A DNA stretch of 64,000 bases. It comes from Gemmatimonadaceae bacterium (lineage in GTDB: Bacteria > Gemmatimonadota > Gemmatimonadetes > Gemmatimonadales > Gemmatimonadaceae). A model generated the notes under the pieces. The model was not told the DNA's origin and searched no databases. It saw only the letters and a program-made list of their open reading frames with translations. Both the position numbers and the translations under genes were made by a program. The stretch spans positions 2,069 through 66,068 of the forward strand of contig DATHNL010000072.1 of the NCBI GenBank assembly GCA_035486035.1. Direction: 5' to 3'. Below, piece by piece: positions 26,422 through 36,320 of the stretch. Within the stretch, counting starts at the first letter, position 1, and each line of letters begins with the position of its first letter.

Positions 26422-26877
26422 GGTATCCCGCTGCCGCGCCGAGATAGTCCAGTAGGTATCGAGCAGCCGATCCTTCTCCACGGCTGAGACGAGCCGAAAT
26501 CCGTGTCGCTCGTAAAATCGAATCGCCCAGGTGGCGGCCGCCCACGTCCCCACCAGAACGCGCCCCGTGGCCAGTTCGCTCAGCGCGGTCAGTAACTCGC
26601 GACCGATCCCGCGACTTTGGTGCGACCGCCGGACATAGGCGTGTCGGATGAGCGTGACGTCCCGCACGGGCTGCAGTCCCATGACGCCGACGAGCGCACC
26701 CGCCTCGTCCCACCCCCAGAAATCAACACCCGCCGCGACCTCGGCCACGAGCTCGTCGCGCGGCATATAGGGCTCGTGCCAGCAGTCGGACGGAATCACG
26801 TCGCGGTACACGTCCGCGGCTTCGTTGATAATCGACTCGATCGTGGCGAGCTCGCCATCTGTGCAGCGGCGGATCAT
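26353..26877 (-). CDS. GNAT-family N-acetyltransferase
   Basis: Start MIRRCTDGELATIESI at 26877. Acetyl-CoA motif RRSHQSRGIGRELL...FYERHGF. Confidence 0.8.
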   Translation of the reverse strand: MIRRCTDGELATIESIINEAADVYRDVIPSDCWHEPYMPRDELVAEVAAGVDFWGWDEAGALVGVMGLQPVRDVTLIRHAYVRRSHQSRGIGRELLTALSELATGRVLVGTWAAATWAIRFYERHGFRLVSAVEKDRLLDTYWTISARQRDTSVVLERRVRDPIRPRADGESQE

Positions 26878-26893
26878 CTTCGGCTGAACCCCT

Positions 26894-27406
26894 ATGTTCG
26901 CGATCACACAGTTCATTGACCGCCCTTGGACCCACCTATCGCCGCGACGTATCGGCGGCGTCCCGTCCGGACTCGGTACACCGGACCGGTTCATTCTGAT
27001 CGGCCCAGACGACGCACCGCGCCTGCGCATCGACCTGTACTTCCCGAGCGATATCCCCGCGTTTCGGGTCGACGCCCGCGTGCTGGACGCCGCCGTCGTT
27101 ATCGGCTTCGGGGACCAGGTCGACATTGTACCGTTCTCTGACGCCCCGGTCGAGACCCAGCGCCTGGATTCGTACTTCATGCGGTTCTACGAGGGCGATG
27201 GCTATCTTCTCGCCACCTCTGGCGCCGACGTCACGCGCATCAACGCCGACGGGACCATTGCCTGGCAGAGCGCCATGCTCGCCATGGATGGCGTCGTCAT
27301 CGATCGCATCGCCGACGGTGTCATTCATGGTTGGGCCGGGATCGACCCTCCGGACGGCTGGCAGCCGTTTGCCATCGCGGTCACGACCGGCGCGACCCTC
27401 CAGTAG
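26894..27406 (+). CDS. Hypothetical protein
   Basis: 170 aa with strong GC3 bias in this frame. First gene of a co-directional cluster. No family recognised. Confidence 0.55.
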   Translation: MFAITQFIDRPWTHLSPRRIGGVPSGLGTPDRFILIGPDDAPRLRIDLYFPSDIPAFRVDARVLDAAVVIGFGDQVDIVPFSDAPVETQRLDSYFMRFYEGDGYLLATSGADVTRINADGTIAWQSAMLAMDGVVIDRIADGVIHGWAGIDPPDGWQPFAIAVTTGATLQ

Positions 27407-27427
27407 GCTGGCGTTGTACATTCCGGC

Positions 27428-27793
27428 ATGGCGCCTCCGCCGCTGTCACGCGTTATCCTGTACGTGCGCGACATTCCGAAGGTCGCGGCATTCTATCAAA
27501 AGCATTTCGGATTCGTGCCGGTCGCGGGTGACGAGCCGGGTTGGCTCGAGCTCGCATCGCCATCGGGTGGATGCACGCTCGCGCTACACCAAGCGAGCAA
27601 GGGGCAGAAGCGCGGCTCGGAGATCAAGCTGGTGTTCGGTGTCGACGACGTCCACGCGTTCAAGGCCGGGCGGGCGGCCCAAGGTCTCAAATTCGGAGTC
27701 GTTCACGACGTAGGCGGCATTCAGTTCGCCAATGCCAGGGACCCCGCTGGCAATTCGATATCCATTTCCAACCGGGGTCGGAACCCGCGCTAG
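27428..27793 (+). CDS. VOC/glyoxalase-family protein
   Basis: RVILYVRDIPKVAAFYQKHFGF...LALH...IKLVFGVDDV...ARDPAGNSISI. Confidence 0.85.
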   Translation: MAPPPLSRVILYVRDIPKVAAFYQKHFGFVPVAGDEPGWLELASPSGGCTLALHQASKGQKRGSEIKLVFGVDDVHAFKAGRAAQGLKFGVVHDVGGIQFANARDPAGNSISISNRGRNPR

Positions 27794-27795
27794 CT

Positions 27796-29550
27796 ATGCG
27801 ACGTTTCTGCCTCGCGATTCTGCTTGCATCCTCCTCGTGCACCCGCGGAGAGTACACGAGATTCGAGTACCGGGTGCCCATGCGCGATGGGGTCAAGCTC
27901 TACACGGTCGTGTACATCCCAAAGGATGCGTCGGACGCGAACCAGTATCCGATTCTTCTCAAACGGACAATGTTCTCGGCCGCCCCGTCCGGTGACGCGA
28001 ACCCGATAGTGCTGGGCCCCAACGCGTACGTGATGCACGACAAGTACATCTTTGCCTACCAAGATATTCGCGGCCGCTACATGTCGGAGGGCACGTTCGT
28101 GGTCATGCGCCCGTATGTCGCCGACTCGATCAGCGAGGCGTCGGATGCGTACGACACGATCGCGTGGCTGCTCGCGCACGTTCCGCACAACACCGGCCGT
28201 GTCGGCGCGTGGGGGACGAGCTACGCGGGATTCTTGGCGAGCATGGCCGCACTGTCGCACCATCCCGCGCTGGTCGTGGCCTCGCCGCAAGCGCCGGCGA
28301 CCGACTCGTACTTCGAGGACTTTCATCACAATGGCGCGCTGACCCAGGGCTACTTCTACGGCTATCCGTACTTCGTCGGCGCGCGCCCTGGGCCGGTCGT
28401 GACCGACGGTGCGGAGAACGACTACGCCTTCCAGCTTGCGCTCGGTCCGCTCCAGAACACGACCGAGAAGTACTACAAGGACAATGCGTTTTGGCAGGAC
28501 ATCGTCGCGCATCCGAACTACGACGCGTACTGGCAGTCGCGCGCTGTTCCTCGCGACTTGACCGGGATCCACAGCGCGATGCTCATCGCTGGCGGTTGGT
28601 TCGACGCCGAGAACTTGTATGGGACGCTCGCCACGTACAAGGCGCTGGTGCGACAAGATTCGGCGGCGAAAGTCACGCTGGTCATGGGTCCGTGGCGACA
28701 CAACGGCTGGGAGGTGCCGAACGTCGATTCGCTGGAAGAATTTCAGCGCGATGTCGAGGCGCCGTATTTTCGCTCGTACCTCAAGGGCGACGGCACAACG
28801 GATCTGCCGGCCGCCCTGATGTTCGACACGGGCCGCAAGCAGTGGCGGCGGTTCACGTCGTGGCCCGCCAGCGACGCGACCACGCGTCGATATTATTTTC
28901 ACGCCGACAGCTCCCTCTCGCCGGCCGTGCCCACGGAGCGACAGGCGTCACTGTCGTACGTGAGCGATCCCTCGCAGCCGATCCCGAGCCGATGCAAAGG
29001 GCAGACAATCGAGGACGGGACGCTCAACCATTACATGAGCGATGACCAGCGTTGCTACCGGTCACGCCCCGACGTCGTGACGTTCGAGACTGCGCCGCTC
29101 ACCGCGGACGTCACGTTCGGCGGCGAGATCTGGGCGCGGCTCAACGTCAGCACGACGGGTACGGACGCTGACTACGTCGTCAAGCTCATCGACGTCTACC
29201 CGCAGACGGACTCGGTCAACGCCGGGTACGCGCCACTCGTGCGCGGCGAGATCATGCGCGCACGATTCCGGCAGTCGTTCGCCGAACCCCAGCCCATGCG
29301 GCCAGACGCGATCACGCCGGTGGCGTTCCGGCTCCAGGACGTGCTGCACACGTTCCGTTCCGGGCATCGCATCATGGTCCAGGTGCAGAGCTCCTGGTTT
29401 CCGGCGTTCGATCGGAATCCGCAGAAGTACGTGCCGAATATCTATAAGGCCGACTCGTCAGATTTCATCAAGGCGACGGAGCGGATCTGGGTCGATCGTG
29501 CGGAGCCGAGCTACGTCGAGGCGCAGGTCGTGCCGAGCCCGCGACCGTAG
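27796..29550 (+). CDS. CocE/NonD-family hydrolase (S15 Xaa-Pro dipeptidyl-peptidase-like), lipoprotein
   Basis: Start MRRFCLAILLASSSC at 27796. VPMRDGVKLYTVVYIPKD, WGTSYAGF (GxSYxG nucleophile) and a C-terminal jelly-roll domain (HTFRSGHRIMVQVQSSWFP). Confidence 0.9.
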   Translation: MRRFCLAILLASSSCTRGEYTRFEYRVPMRDGVKLYTVVYIPKDASDANQYPILLKRTMFSAAPSGDANPIVLGPNAYVMHDKYIFAYQDIRGRYMSEGTFVVMRPYVADSISEASDAYDTIAWLLAHVPHNTGRVGAWGTSYAGFLASMAALSHHPALVVASPQAPATDSYFEDFHHNGALTQGYFYGYPYFVGARPGPVVTDGAENDYAFQLALGPLQNTTEKYYKDNAFWQDIVAHPNYDAYWQSRAVPRDLTGIHSAMLIAGGWFDAENLYGTLATYKALVRQDSAAKVTLVMGPWRHNGWEVPNVDSLEEFQRDVEAPYFRSYLKGDGTTDLPAALMFDTGRKQWRRFTSWPASDATTRRYYFHADSSLSPAVPTERQASLSYVSDPSQPIPSRCKGQTIEDGTLNHYMSDDQRCYRSRPDVVTFETAPLTADVTFGGEIWARLNVSTTGTDADYVVKLIDVYPQTDSVNAGYAPLVRGEIMRARFRQSFAEPQPMRPDAITPVAFRLQDVLHTFRSGHRIMVQVQSSWFPAFDRNPQKYVPNIYKADSSDFIKATERIWVDRAEPSYVEAQVVPSPRP

Positions 29551-30554
29551 TGAGAGAAACCAGAATTCCGAAGGGTGTCGGCACGATAATCGATATCGCG
29601 CCGATCGAGGACATGCAGCGGCCAGTCTGGCTGATGCTGGCCGAGAATGGTGACCTGTTTCGGGTCGACGTGTCGAGCGGCGTTTGGGCCAAGTTGGGTG
29701 CCGCCAGGCCGACAATGCCGAAAACCCGCCTTCACATCTCGCGTCGCGGCGAGTTTGCCGCGGTGGTGAATGACTACGGTCTTCACGGCCAGGTCATCGA
29801 CCTGAGGTCCGGAATCGTGACCCTCGAGTTAGACGGCGGAGACTACCTCCCGCGATTGGTGCCGTTCTCGTTCGCGTTTGCGGAGCTCCAGGGGCGTACG
29901 ATCGCAGTGCATCGTACCGTGTGGAACCGGCTCGACATGTCCGACGCATCCGACGGGCAACTCCTGAGCCAGCGCCAGCGCGAAGAGAGGTCGGAGCACT
30001 ATCTCGACTACTTTCATGGCGCTTTGTACGTGAGTCCTAGCGGCACTCGGATTCTTGATGACGGCTGGGTGTGGCATCCCGTCGGAATGCCAGTGAGTTG
30101 GAGCCTCGATCGTTGGCTCTCGCAGAATCCGTGGGAGTCAGAGGACGGGCCGACGCGGCGGGTCGTCTGTGCCCGCGAGTCCTATTGGGATCATGCGATG
30201 ACGTGGGTCTCGGAGGAGCTGGTCGCGATCGAGGGAGTCGATGGCGTTCAGATATTCGACGTCACGGCGGCTGGCCCTGCCGGAGAGGGATGGCGCGATG
30301 ACTTGCCGTGGGCGCGAGAGCGTATCGCGTTCCCGGGCCCTGCGGGCAGGTTTTTCAGCAGTGGCCAGTCTCTCTACTCCGCGGATGCGACAGGGCTGTC
30401 GGTGTGGGACCCGCACACTGGGGCGCGCACCGCGCATGTCGACGCATTTCAACCGACGCACCGGCATCCTGGCTCCGGCCAACTCGTCCAGTTGGTGGAC
30501 GGTACGCTCATCGAGGGAGATTTATGCGAGCTTGCCCGCGAGGGCCAGAATTGA
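29550..30554 (+). CDS. Hypothetical protein (334 aa)
   Basis: A GTG at 29550 shares a base with the upstream TAG. An alternative ATG is at 29613. No family recognised. Confidence 0.6.
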   Translation: MRETRIPKGVGTIIDIAPIEDMQRPVWLMLAENGDLFRVDVSSGVWAKLGAARPTMPKTRLHISRRGEFAAVVNDYGLHGQVIDLRSGIVTLELDGGDYLPRLVPFSFAFAELQGRTIAVHRTVWNRLDMSDASDGQLLSQRQREERSEHYLDYFHGALYVSPSGTRILDDGWVWHPVGMPVSWSLDRWLSQNPWESEDGPTRRVVCARESYWDHAMTWVSEELVAIEGVDGVQIFDVTAAGPAGEGWRDDLPWARERIAFPGPAGRFFSSGQSLYSADATGLSVWDPHTGARTAHVDAFQPTHRHPGSGQLVQLVDGTLIEGDLCELAREGQN

Positions 30555-30602
30555 TACGTTGGCGCCACATCGGGCAGGTCTCCCTCTCTTGAGGAACATC
30601 GT

Positions 30603-31019
30603 ATGCGCCGAGTCGTCTTGCTGTCCGCCGGCCTGATCGCGGTCTGCGCCGTTCCCGCCCGTGCCCAGAGCGTCACGCTTGCCTCAGTCGCGGGGAAGTG
30701 GAACACGAAGGTGATGGTCGGCCCAAAGGACAGCATCGTGCTGATCAACGTGGTTGTGGCGTCGGCCGATAAGGACAAATGGATGATGAAGAACCCCGGC
30801 CAAGCGAGCCCCGTCGCCCTACGGGTCGTCGCCGTTGGCGGAGATAGCGTCGCCACGGAAGCCGGTCCGTATCCCAGCGCGCTGCGCCCCGGTCAGACGG
30901 TGACGCAGCTCCGTAATGTCTTGCACTACCAGGGCGACAAAGGGACCGGATGGTTCGAGGCCCACTACTCGTCGGGTGACGTCGTGAAGGGGAAGCTCGA
31001 GGCGACCCGCACGAAATGA
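30603..31019 (+). CDS. Hypothetical secreted protein
   Basis: Signal peptide MRRVVLLSAGLIAVCAVPARAQS. A GAGGAA Shine-Dalgarno lies upstream. Confidence 0.65.
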   Translation: MRRVVLLSAGLIAVCAVPARAQSVTLASVAGKWNTKVMVGPKDSIVLINVVVASADKDKWMMKNPGQASPVALRVVAVGGDSVATEAGPYPSALRPGQTVTQLRNVLHYQGDKGTGWFEAHYSSGDVVKGKLEATRTK

Positions 31020-31381
31020 TGAGCGCTGATAAGAAAACCGAGGAGTTGGGGGACTGGCGTGAGCGGACGCTCGCCAAGGTGCGTCAGCTCATTAAAGAGG
31101 CAGATCCCGAGGCCGTCGAAGAGAAGAAATGGGGGGGAACGCCCACTTGGTCCCATGGCGGGATCATCTGCACGGGCGAGACCTACAAGAGCGCCGTCAA
31201 GCTGACGTTCGCCAAAGGGGCGTCACTCGAGGACCCCTCGAAACTCTTCAACTCGAGTCTCGAGGGGAACGTCAGGCGCGCGATCGACATCCACAAGGAT
31301 GACAAGATCAATGGGCCCGCCCTGAAGAAGCTCATCAAAGAGGCCGTCGCCTTCAATCTCGCGAGCAAGAAGAAGCGCTAG
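31016..31381 (+). CDS. DUF1801 (YdhG-like) domain protein
   Basis: WRERTLAKVRQLIKEADPEAVEEKKWGGTPTWSHGGIICTGETYKSAVKLTFAKGASL pattern. ATGA overlap with the upstream gene. Confidence 0.8.
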   Translation: MMSADKKTEELGDWRERTLAKVRQLIKEADPEAVEEKKWGGTPTWSHGGIICTGETYKSAVKLTFAKGASLEDPSKLFNSSLEGNVRRAIDIHKDDKINGPALKKLIKEAVAFNLASKKKR

Positions 31382-31397
31382 CGCGCAATGCCCGCGA

Positions 31398-31673
31398 TTA
31401 CTCTCTGATCCCGATGAGATCGAATTTCCTCGTTCGATCGCCTGGCAGCAGTATTTCCCATTGCTGTCTGAGCTCGTATACGCTCTCGTGTGTTTCGCTG
31501 ACCAGACGCGCCCTGTAGTTGCCCGGGAGCAACATGTCCGGTCCGGAGAGGGCTCCCTGCAGTTCGACTTTCCGGCGGTTGATGACGGCTGTGAGCAACT
31601 CGGGCTGCTGTGCGGCCAGCGACACTGGCGCGAGGAGGAGAGCTAGCACCGTGAGTGTCTTCAGAAGCGGCAT
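31398..31673 (-). CDS. Hypothetical small secreted protein
   Basis: 91 aa with signal peptide MPLLKTLTVLALLLAPVSLAAQ. Confidence 0.5.
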   Translation of the reverse strand: MPLLKTLTVLALLLAPVSLAAQQPELLTAVINRRKVELQGALSGPDMLLPGNYRARLVSETHESVYELRQQWEILLPGDRTRKFDLIGIRE

Positions 31674-31703
31674 ACGCGGCGGTGGCTGCCGGCGTTGCTG
31701 CCG

Positions 31704-33425
31704 CTAACGCTGCGTGAAGCCGTCCGCGCTCCACTGCTCAGAGCCGACTCCGTTGTGGACAAAAAAGAGTCCGTCGGGATCGTATCGCTTCTTGACCTTG
31801 GCCAGGCGGGCGTGATTGGTGCCCCAATAGGAATGTTGGAAGTCGGATTCAAAAAAGTTGCTCTCGGACACGTAGGCTCCGCCGTTGGGCGCGACGGCGC
31901 GCAGCTCGTTCATCGCCAGGTGCACTTTATTGGCGCCTTGTCGCCCGCGCGCCATGTCGGGCTCATGACCGACGACTCCAGGATACGCGGGCCCTTGGCC
32001 ATCCGCGATGATGGCGAGAGCAAATGCGTTGCACACCGCGGGATTCATAGCCGTGTCTCTCGCCGCTTCGACGACGTCCGCTGGCGCGCCAGCCAACCCC
32101 TTATTCAAGTGCAACTCGACCTCACTATGGCGCGACGCGGCGAACAGCGCATCGGCCAATTTCTGTTGCGAGTCATCGTCCAGCAACGATGCCGGCAGCC
32201 AGAGCGACTCGTATCCCCACACGACCCAGCCGACCTGCCCGGCGTCTCCGTTCCACCACACGTTGTTCGGGCTCGCTCCGGAGCGTGCGTCGCTCTTGAA
32301 CACGTCGTGATGGTGCTCGGCGCGCCAATCGACGTCCCACCAATGCCGCAGGGGCATGCTGCCGATTTCCGGGTCGGAGGGAATCGTGTAGCCACCTGAC
32401 GATCGCACCCAATCGAGAAACGGCTGCCAGATGCGTCGCGATTGCTCGGTGTCCAATCCGATATGGACCATGCTGATCTCGAGCGTGTTGTCCGGACCAC
32501 AGTGTGCCTGTTCGCCCCAATGATCGTTGAAGAGCGATTCCCGGTAGAACGCAACGAAACGCCGGATGAGGCGGCGATACGCGTCGTCGGACGCGGCTTT
32601 CACCGTAAAGTTGGCGCCGCCGCCGAACTCGGGAAGATCATGCGTGCGCAGGGTCAATCGGCTGACGACGCCGAATGTACCGCCCCCACCGCCTTTGAGA
32701 GCCCAGAACAGATCGGGATTGGTGGAGGCGTTCGCGATACGAACTTGGCCATCGGCGGTGACCACTTCGGCCTCGAGCAAGCTGGCCGCGGCCGTGCCGA
32801 AGTGCTTGGAGAAACTCCCGAACCCTCCGCTTTGAATCAACCCGGCGACGCCTACCGTCGTGCAACCGCCGCCCTGCACGTACGCGCCGCTCTTGGTCGT
32901 GACGGCGTCGTAGGCTTGCTCCCAGATGGTTCCCGAGCCGGCCGTGACCGCCCCATTCCCCGTGGTGATGTCCCGCATGTGGCGGGTCCAAATCAGCAGC
33001 GAGTCGGGTGCGTTGGACGTGCCGAGGTAACTGTGGCCTCCACCTTTGACGACGACACGCAAGTTGTGCTCACGGGCAAAATTCACCGCGGCCGCGATGT
33101 CTTGGGCATTTCGCGCGGCCACCGCATACACGCTGGGCTTCGTCGTCCAGGCGTCGACCCACCCCAAGGTTTGCGTCAGGCCAGGACTGTCGCCGATGTA
33201 GTACGGGTTCTTGATATTCGAGGGGAGCGCCGTGTTGATCGGGAACTCGACCCGAATCAGGTTGCCGTCAACCGAGTCGTTGAGGCGCTGCCATGATTGT
33301 GGAGACGGCCAGCCCGGATCCGACGGACGCACTCGGCGTATTCGCGACGGTATCACCAGGCTGCGCGGCCACAGCCCGACCAGCGATGCGCCGCCCGAGA
33401 ATTTCAGAAACGTTCTTCTATTCAT
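31704..33425 (-). CDS. Tat-exported FAD-linked oxidase with a berberine-bridge-enzyme (BBE) C-terminal domain
   Basis: Twin-arginine signal MNRRTFLKF. FAD_binding_4 motifs (VVVKGGGHSYLG). C-terminus KRYDPDGLFFVHNGVGSE. Confidence 0.9.
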   Translation of the reverse strand: MNRRTFLKFSGGASLVGLWPRSLVIPSRIRRVRPSDPGWPSPQSWQRLNDSVDGNLIRVEFPINTALPSNIKNPYYIGDSPGLTQTLGWVDAWTTKPSVYAVAARNAQDIAAAVNFAREHNLRVVVKGGGHSYLGTSNAPDSLLIWTRHMRDITTGNGAVTAGSGTIWEQAYDAVTTKSGAYVQGGGCTTVGVAGLIQSGGFGSFSKHFGTAAASLLEAEVVTADGQVRIANASTNPDLFWALKGGGGGTFGVVSRLTLRTHDLPEFGGGANFTVKAASDDAYRRLIRRFVAFYRESLFNDHWGEQAHCGPDNTLEISMVHIGLDTEQSRRIWQPFLDWVRSSGGYTIPSDPEIGSMPLRHWWDVDWRAEHHHDVFKSDARSGASPNNVWWNGDAGQVGWVVWGYESLWLPASLLDDDSQQKLADALFAASRHSEVELHLNKGLAGAPADVVEAARDTAMNPAVCNAFALAIIADGQGPAYPGVVGHEPDMARGRQGANKVHLAMNELRAVAPNGGAYVSESNFFESDFQHSYWGTNHARLAKVKKRYDPDGLFFVHNGVGSEQWSADGFTQR

Positions 33426-33522
33426 GGGCGCTCATGTTAGCGCCGCCGCGTTCGGTGAGCCAACTTAGAGGGACGCGCGGGACCGGGGCGTGACGAGCGG
33501 GACCAGTACGGCTGAGGTTGGC

Positions 33523-34830
33523 ATGAGAACGAGAACGATATGGATGGTCGCCGCTGCCACGTTCATAGCGAGTGGCCTGCGCGCTCAGAGCATTGCCGGG
33601 ACTTGGCAGGGTACCGTGATCGCCGTCAATTCGTATCGGCAGGTCATGAAGTTCATGAAGGTGGATGGCGGTTGGAAGACCGTGTACTACGCCATCGACG
33701 AGGGAAGCGATTCCGTCATCGCCACCAGCACGGTGCTCACGGATCGAACGCTCAAGGTGGTCTTCCCTCCGTACGTCGGTTCTCCCGCCGGTGCGTCCTA
33801 CGAGGGCACGCTCGGCGCGGACGGCCGCTCGCTGACGGGCACCTGGATCGACGCCGACGTTCGCTACCCGTTGACTCTGCGTGTAGTCACGGCGAAGGAG
33901 GCGTGGAAGTTGCCGCCTGCGCACCCGATCCGGTTTGTCCAGGTGGACACCAACGTCAAGCTCGAAGTGTTGGACTGGGGCGGCTCCGGCCCGCCAATGA
34001 TCTTCCTGGCCGGCCTTGGCAACACCGCCCACGCTTTTGACCTTTTCGCTCCCAAGTTCACGCCCAAGTACCACGTCTACGGCATCACCCGCCGCGGATT
34101 CGGCGCATCCAGCTCGCCACCTTTCACTCGCGCGAACTACCTCGCCGACCGGCTCGGGGACGATGTGCTCGCCGTGATCGATTCACTCGGCCTGCGTCGC
34201 CCAGTGCTCGTGGGACACTCATTCGCCGGCGAAGAGCTGAGCTCCATCGGATCGCGCCATCCCGAGAAGGTCGCCGGACTCATTTACCTCGACGCGGGCT
34301 ACAGCTACGCCTTTTACGATCGTTCGAGCGGAGTATTTCCCTTCGATCGCCGGGATCTCATCCAGCAACTGCAGCGGCTGCAGCCTTCGAAAATGACGGT
34401 TGCCGATGCGCGATCTCTCGTCCGCACGCTGCGCGACACGACGCTGCCGCGATTCGAGAAGGACCTCGACGAGCTTGCGAAAACGATCGACGGGTTGCCA
34501 GCAAATACGGCGCCTGACACCATGCCGAGCGCCGATCGCGCCATCACGGACGGCGAGGAGGAGTACTCGAGCATTCCGGTGCCTATTCTGGCGATTTATG
34601 CCGTCCCACGGAAACCGCAAGCAATGCGCGGCGTCGACTCAGCGACACAGGCGACGATGCGGGCGCGAATTGACTCCGCTATAGCGGCACAGGCGACTGC
34701 ATTCCAGAAGGGCGTCCCCACCGCGCACGTTGTCCGCATTCCCAATGCGGCGCACTGGATCGTTCGCTCGAATGAGGCGGACGTCGTGCGCGAGATGACC
34801 ACGTTTCTTGCGACAGTGCCAGAGCAGTGA
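33523..34830 (+). CDS. Secreted alpha/beta hydrolase with an N-terminal extra domain
   Basis: Start MRTRTIWMVAAATFIASGLRAQS. PPMIFLAGLGNTAH. Nucleophile elbow LVGHSFAGEE. Confidence 0.85.
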   Translation: MRTRTIWMVAAATFIASGLRAQSIAGTWQGTVIAVNSYRQVMKFMKVDGGWKTVYYAIDEGSDSVIATSTVLTDRTLKVVFPPYVGSPAGASYEGTLGADGRSLTGTWIDADVRYPLTLRVVTAKEAWKLPPAHPIRFVQVDTNVKLEVLDWGGSGPPMIFLAGLGNTAHAFDLFAPKFTPKYHVYGITRRGFGASSSPPFTRANYLADRLGDDVLAVIDSLGLRRPVLVGHSFAGEELSSIGSRHPEKVAGLIYLDAGYSYAFYDRSSGVFPFDRRDLIQQLQRLQPSKMTVADARSLVRTLRDTTLPRFEKDLDELAKTIDGLPANTAPDTMPSADRAITDGEEEYSSIPVPILAIYAVPRKPQAMRGVDSATQATMRARIDSAIAAQATAFQKGVPTAHVVRIPNAAHWIVRSNEADVVREMTTFLATVPEQ

Positions 34831-35975
34831 GCTATACAGTATTCCTGACCGGCACGCGCCCCATGGTGCGCCCGAACGCGCCGGGCCCATCCCGCCACAC
34901 GCTCATCATTGAGCCGAATCAACGCCTGCGCTTCCTCCCGAGGCGCGCGTTGGAGAAAGTGTGGCGCCCGCTCGCGGGGCTATCCTGGCCACACCCCCGC
35001 TGGGCGCGGTACGATCTCGTTCACAGTTTCAACGCCATCCCGCTCACGGCCAAGCCGTGGATTACGACCTTCGAGTCGGTGCTCCCGCGGACCATCGGGC
35101 CCGGTGGCGCGCGGCTGGGGAGAATGCTGCGTGACCGGATGACGCAGCCCAACTGTCGCACGCTGATCGCGATGTCGCGATACGCGACCCGGCGATTCGC
35201 GAAAGCCAATCGCGACTGGCCGGCGCTGGACGCGGTGCTGCGCAAGATGACGGTCGTATACCCGCACTTCCGGGCGCGTCCGGCCGCGACACGCCAATAC
35301 CATCGGGGCGAACCGCTCCGCGTCATCTTCGTCGGCAATCACTTCGCGCAAAAAGGCGGGATCGCCGCGCTCCGCGCGATAACGCGGGCCACCGCTCTCG
35401 GCCTGCCCGTACGCCTCGACATCTTTTCTGCACTGAAGATTGGACGTGGCGTCTACGCCGATCACGTCGATGAGCGCCGTTATGCCGCGGATCTCCGCGC
35501 GCTCGCCGATCCGGCCGTGACGTTCCACGGTCGCCGCCCCAACGCGGACGTCCTGGCGGCCATGGCCAACGCGCATGTCCAACTGTTGCCGACGCTCGAC
35601 GATACATTCGGCTACAGTGTCGTCGAAGGGCTCTCCACCGGACTGCCGGCTCTCGTCTCCGACATTTGCGCCATGCCGGAGCTCGTTCCCACGGACGTCG
35701 GCGCGCGACTCGCCTTGCCATCGGACGAGTGGAGCCAGTGGACCGGCCTAGGTCGCCGCGGGGACAGCGACTATTGGGATCTCCTGACGGCGACCTACGA
35801 TTCGCTAGCGACCCAGCTCGTCGAACAGCTCACGGCGATCATCGAGGAGCCTGAGCGCATCGAGCGATGGAGCGTCGGAGCACTGGCGCGATTTCAGGCG
35901 CTCCACGAGTCGCGCGTCGTGAGCGAGCGGCTCGACGCACTCTACGACGCGGCGCTCGACGGGACGCCCAGCTAG
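34827..35975 (+). CDS. Glycosyltransferase family 4-like
   Basis: C-terminal GT-B motif FGYSVVEGLSTGLPALVSDICAMPELV. GTGA overlap with the upstream hydrolase. The start is uncertain. Confidence 0.8.
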   Translation: MSYTVFLTGTRPMVRPNAPGPSRHTLIIEPNQRLRFLPRRALEKVWRPLAGLSWPHPRWARYDLVHSFNAIPLTAKPWITTFESVLPRTIGPGGARLGRMLRDRMTQPNCRTLIAMSRYATRRFAKANRDWPALDAVLRKMTVVYPHFRARPAATRQYHRGEPLRVIFVGNHFAQKGGIAALRAITRATALGLPVRLDIFSALKIGRGVYADHVDERRYAADLRALADPAVTFHGRRPNADVLAAMANAHVQLLPTLDDTFGYSVVEGLSTGLPALVSDICAMPELVPTDVGARLALPSDEWSQWTGLGRRGDSDYWDLLTATYDSLATQLVEQLTAIIEEPERIERWSVGALARFQALHESRVVSERLDALYDAALDGTPS

Positions 35976-36310
35976 TTTCGCGTCTCTAGGAACACGTTTG
36001 TACCCGAACCGACTCGGGTACTCCACGTGAAGTGCTCCACGATGCATGCGCGGCCATCCGGGAGCTGCATCACGTCGCACCGCGAGCGCCCGCCGTGTAT
36101 ATCGCCTGACGTCTCGCGTTGCGCGTATCGAAACGTCAGCTCGGACCCAACGAGCGCTCCGACGAGACAGCCGCGAGCGACGTTCCCGCCCGAGTACCGG
36201 GCGAACACCGCGGAACCTTTCTGCGTGAAGTGCAGCGTTGTGTCGGCGTCGACGACCCCAGACTGATCGGTCGAGCTCACGTACATTCGCACGCCATTCA
36301 AGCTGATCAT
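35972..36310 (-). CDS. Hypothetical small protein (112 aa)
   Basis: Start MISLNGVRMYVSS at 36310. The upstream part of the 188-aa ORF is low-complexity Arg/Ser. Confidence 0.6.
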   Translation of the reverse strand: MISLNGVRMYVSSTDQSGVVDADTTLHFTQKGSAVFARYSGGNVARGCLVGALVGSELTFRYAQRETSGDIHGGRSRCDVMQLPDGRACIVEHFTWSTRVGSGTNVFLETRN

Positions 36311-36320
36311 GCTCTTGGCC

